IMG/VR virus record: IMGVR_UViG_3300038361_000164
Span: 124,001-188,000 of that record
Length of the DNA: 64,000 nt
Strand: one strand, 5' to 3'
Shown here: positions 61,395 to 64,000 of the stretch, in pieces
Layout of the letters: each line of letters starts with the position of its first letter
How positions within the stretch are numbered: position 1 is the first letter of the stretch
Notes under the pieces: model-generated
What the model was told of the DNA's origin: nothing
The model's database searches: none
What the model saw: only the letters and a program-made list of their open reading frames with translations
Program-made: the position numbers and the translations under genes

Positions 61395-61905
61395 AGCAGA
61401 AATATTATTTGAGAAATTAGCCACTAAATTGGGTTTTATGAGGAAGGGGTTTTTTTCCCACACAACAAGTAGAAGCGCTTTATCGAATATTCTATCTTCA
61501 GGTAAAATAAAAACAGGCAGATCATTAGGAAAAGCAGGACAAGGTTTTAGAAACATGGATGATATGGTTCCTGACAGTTTTAATGAGTATGTAAGTACTG
61601 GAAAAAATACTATCTATACCTCTGGAAAAAGATTTAGAGCTATATTAATGAAATCTCCGAAAAATGAAGTAAGTAATTTAGGAAAAGAATCTTTACTTAA
61701 AGGAGATGTCGCATTAAGTTTAAAAAATACACGAGTCGCAGTACCAGCTAACAGACTTTCAGGTTACCAAAAAAAGTATCCTAAGTATAAATTTATAGCA
61801 TCTGAAGATATAAAAACTAAAAGAATAACAAAGTACCAACCAAATAAAGAAGTACAGGAAGGTATCAACTGGGGTGAATTAAACCAAGCATTTGGTAATT
61901 ATTAA
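61384..61905 (+). CDS. Basic protein with leader; possible ADP-ribosyltransferase fold
   Basis: (V)QSKAEILFEKLA; FSHTTS..AL..ILSSGKI resembles the HxT/IL..G strand of DarT/Tpt1-like ARTs. Confidence 0.6.
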   Translation: MQSKAEILFEKLATKLGFMRKGFFSHTTSRSALSNILSSGKIKTGRSLGKAGQGFRNMDDMVPDSFNEYVSTGKNTIYTSGKRFRAILMKSPKNEVSNLGKESLLKGDVALSLKNTRVAVPANRLSGYQKKYPKYKFIASEDIKTKRITKYQPNKEVQEGINWGELNQAFGNY

Positions 61906-61912
61906 AATAGAT

Positions 61913-62851
61913 ATGGCAGATAACCCTTCAATAGTAGATCATTTTAGATACGGTAAGCGTCTTGTTAGACACAAGTATTTCATGCTTGGCCCAGGAAGAC
62001 AGTTAGGGGTGCCATACAGCACACTTCTTGCCCACGACCTGTCAAAGTTTAGACCAAGTGAATGGGGCTCTTATGTGAAGTATTGGCACGGTCCAAAAGG
62101 TATAACTGGGACAAGAGATCCAGAAGTATATAGAAAATTTAGAGAAGCGGCATCGCTTCACTACAAACGAAATCCACATCACGGTCATAAGATCAACGTG
62201 GAACAAAAGCGTAAGCATCAATTAGAAGCAGTAACAGATTGGTATGCAACAACGAAAGCGAATCAGCCTAGTGCTAAAAACTTTCCTAGCTTTGGCACAT
62301 GGGTCAGAAAACATAATTCGACTGCTAGAAAGAAATTAATGGAACTAGGAGTAGACACGGAGAAATTAGCAATGCAAGATAAAGCAACATACGTATTTGA
62401 GAAGCTAGCAGGAGCCAAATGATCGCCCCTTTCACCATATAAATTTAATAAGTTTATACGTAATCGTTTTGGAGAGAAGCTTCTGCTAAAGTCATTTGAA
62501 ACTTCTAACAAACTTTGACCTCAGGATGTTAATACTTTACATGCCTATAAAACTTTTAAACGTATGGTAGCAGATGTTAATAATGTTAGAACGATTAAAG
62601 ATGCTAGAAAAGTAAATAAAACTTGATCAGACAATGTATGAAGGAAAAATCAAGACTTGGTAGCCCCAGGAAGAAGAAACAGCATAGAAGAGGTATTAAT
62701 GGAAAGAACATTAATTACTCCTCTCGGGAAGAAAGAAGGCTTACCTATTAATAGGAATGTATTAACAACGAAGTTAGAGAAAAACATACCCTCTAAACTT
62801 CAGAAACAATCTTTAAGACTTATATTTAATAATAAATATAGTAAAAATTAA
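61913..62851 (+). CDS. DUF5662-like HD domain fused to a second leader-bearing domain (four TGA=Trp)
   Basis: HK...HDLSK...E...H..RNPHH...DW; internal EKLAMQDKATYVFEKLA; open through TGA 62420, 62516, 62624, 62639. Confidence 0.7.
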
Positions 62852-62867
62852 ATAAAGGACTATAACA

Positions 62868-63365
62868 ATGAAAGATAAAGCACAAATAATATTTGAAAAG
62901 ATAGCGAAGAAGGATATAATATCCTATTTACCGTTTACTAAAAAAAGACGTCAGAAAAACAGGGAAGCTTGGGTAAGAGAAACTCCTAAAGGTAAGAATT
63001 TTTCACGTAAAGTATTAGTGGCATATGTAGCAAAACACATGCGAAAAGGGGGGAGAAAAGTAGCAATTCACCCTAAAAACCGCCTAACTGTGCAACAAGT
63101 ACGAGCTGCAAAACGTTCAGGCTCTCATTATAGCCAAGGAAGTTATAAACATGCAAGTAAAAAACAAGCAGCATACAGTAGTTTGAAAAAAGTAAAAGGA
63201 ATAGGATTGCCCGAATTAGACAAGTTAGTTAGCAAGATTAATATAACAAGTAAAAAATATTCCAAGGAAGGCAAAAAACTAATACCATTGCTAAATCGTA
63301 AAAACAAGGCCTCAGTTAATAGAATTAGAATGCGTAAGAATTTAGAAAAACGTTACCAAAAATAA
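62868..63365 (+). CDS. Highly basic protein with leader
   Basis: MKDKAQIIFEKIA; AAGGA upstream. Confidence 0.75.
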   Translation: MKDKAQIIFEKIAKKDIISYLPFTKKRRQKNREAWVRETPKGKNFSRKVLVAYVAKHMRKGGRKVAIHPKNRLTVQQVRAAKRSGSHYSQGSYKHASKKQAAYSSLKKVKGIGLPELDKLVSKINITSKKYSKEGKKLIPLLNRKNKASVNRIRMRKNLEKRYQK

Positions 63366-63366
63366 A

Positions 63367-63606
63367 ATGTATTTAGCAATAGAACACTCAGGAACAAACA
63401 CCGGCTTAGATGCCGCAGAAAAGATACAACAATTTGCAGAAAACGAATTTGGCGCGAGTTGTGACCAAGTTGTTGGAAGTACAGAAAAAAGCGAAGTTAT
63501 TGTATATAACGAAGATCAAGAAATAGTAGGAATTTTTGGGGAGAACCCGACAGAAGATACCATGCGTTTTACATTAGCCATGGCATATGACGAGGAGGAC
63601 AATTAA
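63367..63606 (+). CDS. Small acidic hypothetical protein
   Basis: ORF track. Confidence 0.6.
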   Translation: MYLAIEHSGTNTGLDAAEKIQQFAENEFGASCDQVVGSTEKSEVIVYNEDQEIVGIFGENPTEDTMRFTLAMAYDEEDN

Positions 63607-63912
63607 ATGGGAAACCAAATCACATACGGATCATTAGAACCTGGAGCACAAGAACGTGCTTATGAGTTTTTAGTGAACGAAGAAATCAATCAAGACTCTA
63701 TGAATAAACTTGCACTTGACACAGACGTAGGAGCTGAAAAAACTTTTATAAAACTAGCTGAAGAGTGAAAACCAAAAACTTTTACTGAGTTTGCTGAAAA
63801 GGTTGACGAAACATTTGAAGGTAAATTAAATGAAAAGCTTGCCAGATGGGAAAAGAAACTAGTACTCGATCGCAGCCTAATTAAAGAGTTATTTATAAAT
63901 GACACTGCCTAA
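63607..63912 (+). CDS. Acidic protein with KLA motifs (101 aa; TGA(63766)=Trp); absent from ORF track
   Basis: GAGGA upstream; MGNQITYG...NKLA...IKLAEE*KPK...EKLARW. Confidence 0.65.
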
Positions 63913-64000
63913 GTGGGCGACTAAGTCCCGAAAATTTATTAAATGCTCTGTTTGTAAACAGAATAAAGCCAGAGTTACAATTATAGTAACACCCAACGGA

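Noticed and set aside
218-63905. Most antisense/overlapping ORFs in the track (e.g. 218-460, 3582-3998, 9488-9931, 38162-38383, 60728-61123)
   Set aside because: Shadow frames of well-supported genes on the opposite strand; no SD or family motifs
55436-63912. Fragmented plus-strand ORFs as pseudogenes or sequencing errors
   Set aside because: Every interruption is TGA, never TAA/TAG or a frameshift, and several fall on Trp-expected motif positions
35467-63912. TGA as Gly (code 25) or selenocysteine
   Set aside because: Motif positions (SWA, WR, AWR) indicate Trp; no Cys-type redox context or obvious SECIS; minus-strand genes still stop at TGA
1-64000. CRISPR array, integrase, transposase, reverse transcriptase or rRNA
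   Set aside because: No regularly spaced repeat-spacer array or diagnostic motifs seen

Overview
AT-rich fragment of a large (jumbo-type) tailed bacteriophage genome. Support: bacterial SD sequences and sigma70-like promoters, a tRNA array, and a baseplate hub/spike gene ending in an HxH motif. All family assignments are from motif recognition, not database searches. The minus strand carries accessory and host-takeover genes in the standard code, with TGA as a real stop (ATGA/TGATG overlaps): eight tRNAs plus four degenerate CCA-ended tRNA-like elements, pncB/pncA/nadE, NADAR, Nudix, a kinase-PP2C-vWA operon, hflK/hflC, Pnkp/Rnl1 RNA repair, an HD (p)ppGpp-hydrolase-like gene, two prepilin-like genes and many small ORFs. 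Twelve co-oriented copies of a GGTATAAGAA(T/C) promoter-like motif and several long structured non-coding regions also occur. The plus-strand blocks (35.5-41.1 kb and 55.4-64 kb) read TGA as Trp: 24 in-frame TGA codons in 10 genes. Re-translation reveals a LigD-phosphoesterase/ATP-ligase fusion, a J-domain protein, a single-repeat mitochondrial-carrier-like protein and a holin-like protein that the ORF track breaks up. Best candidates for undescribed systems: (1) a leaderless 36-codon leader peptide containing 19 of the 20 amino acids (all but Trp), coupled to an antiterminator/terminator upstream of the tRNA array, which may be a general tRNA-starvation attenuator; (2) a shared leader peptide (DKAxx[IV]FEK[IL]A) on eight unrelated late-block proteins or domains, a putative capsid-targeting/protease-processing tag; (3) strand-partitioned stop-codon recoding.
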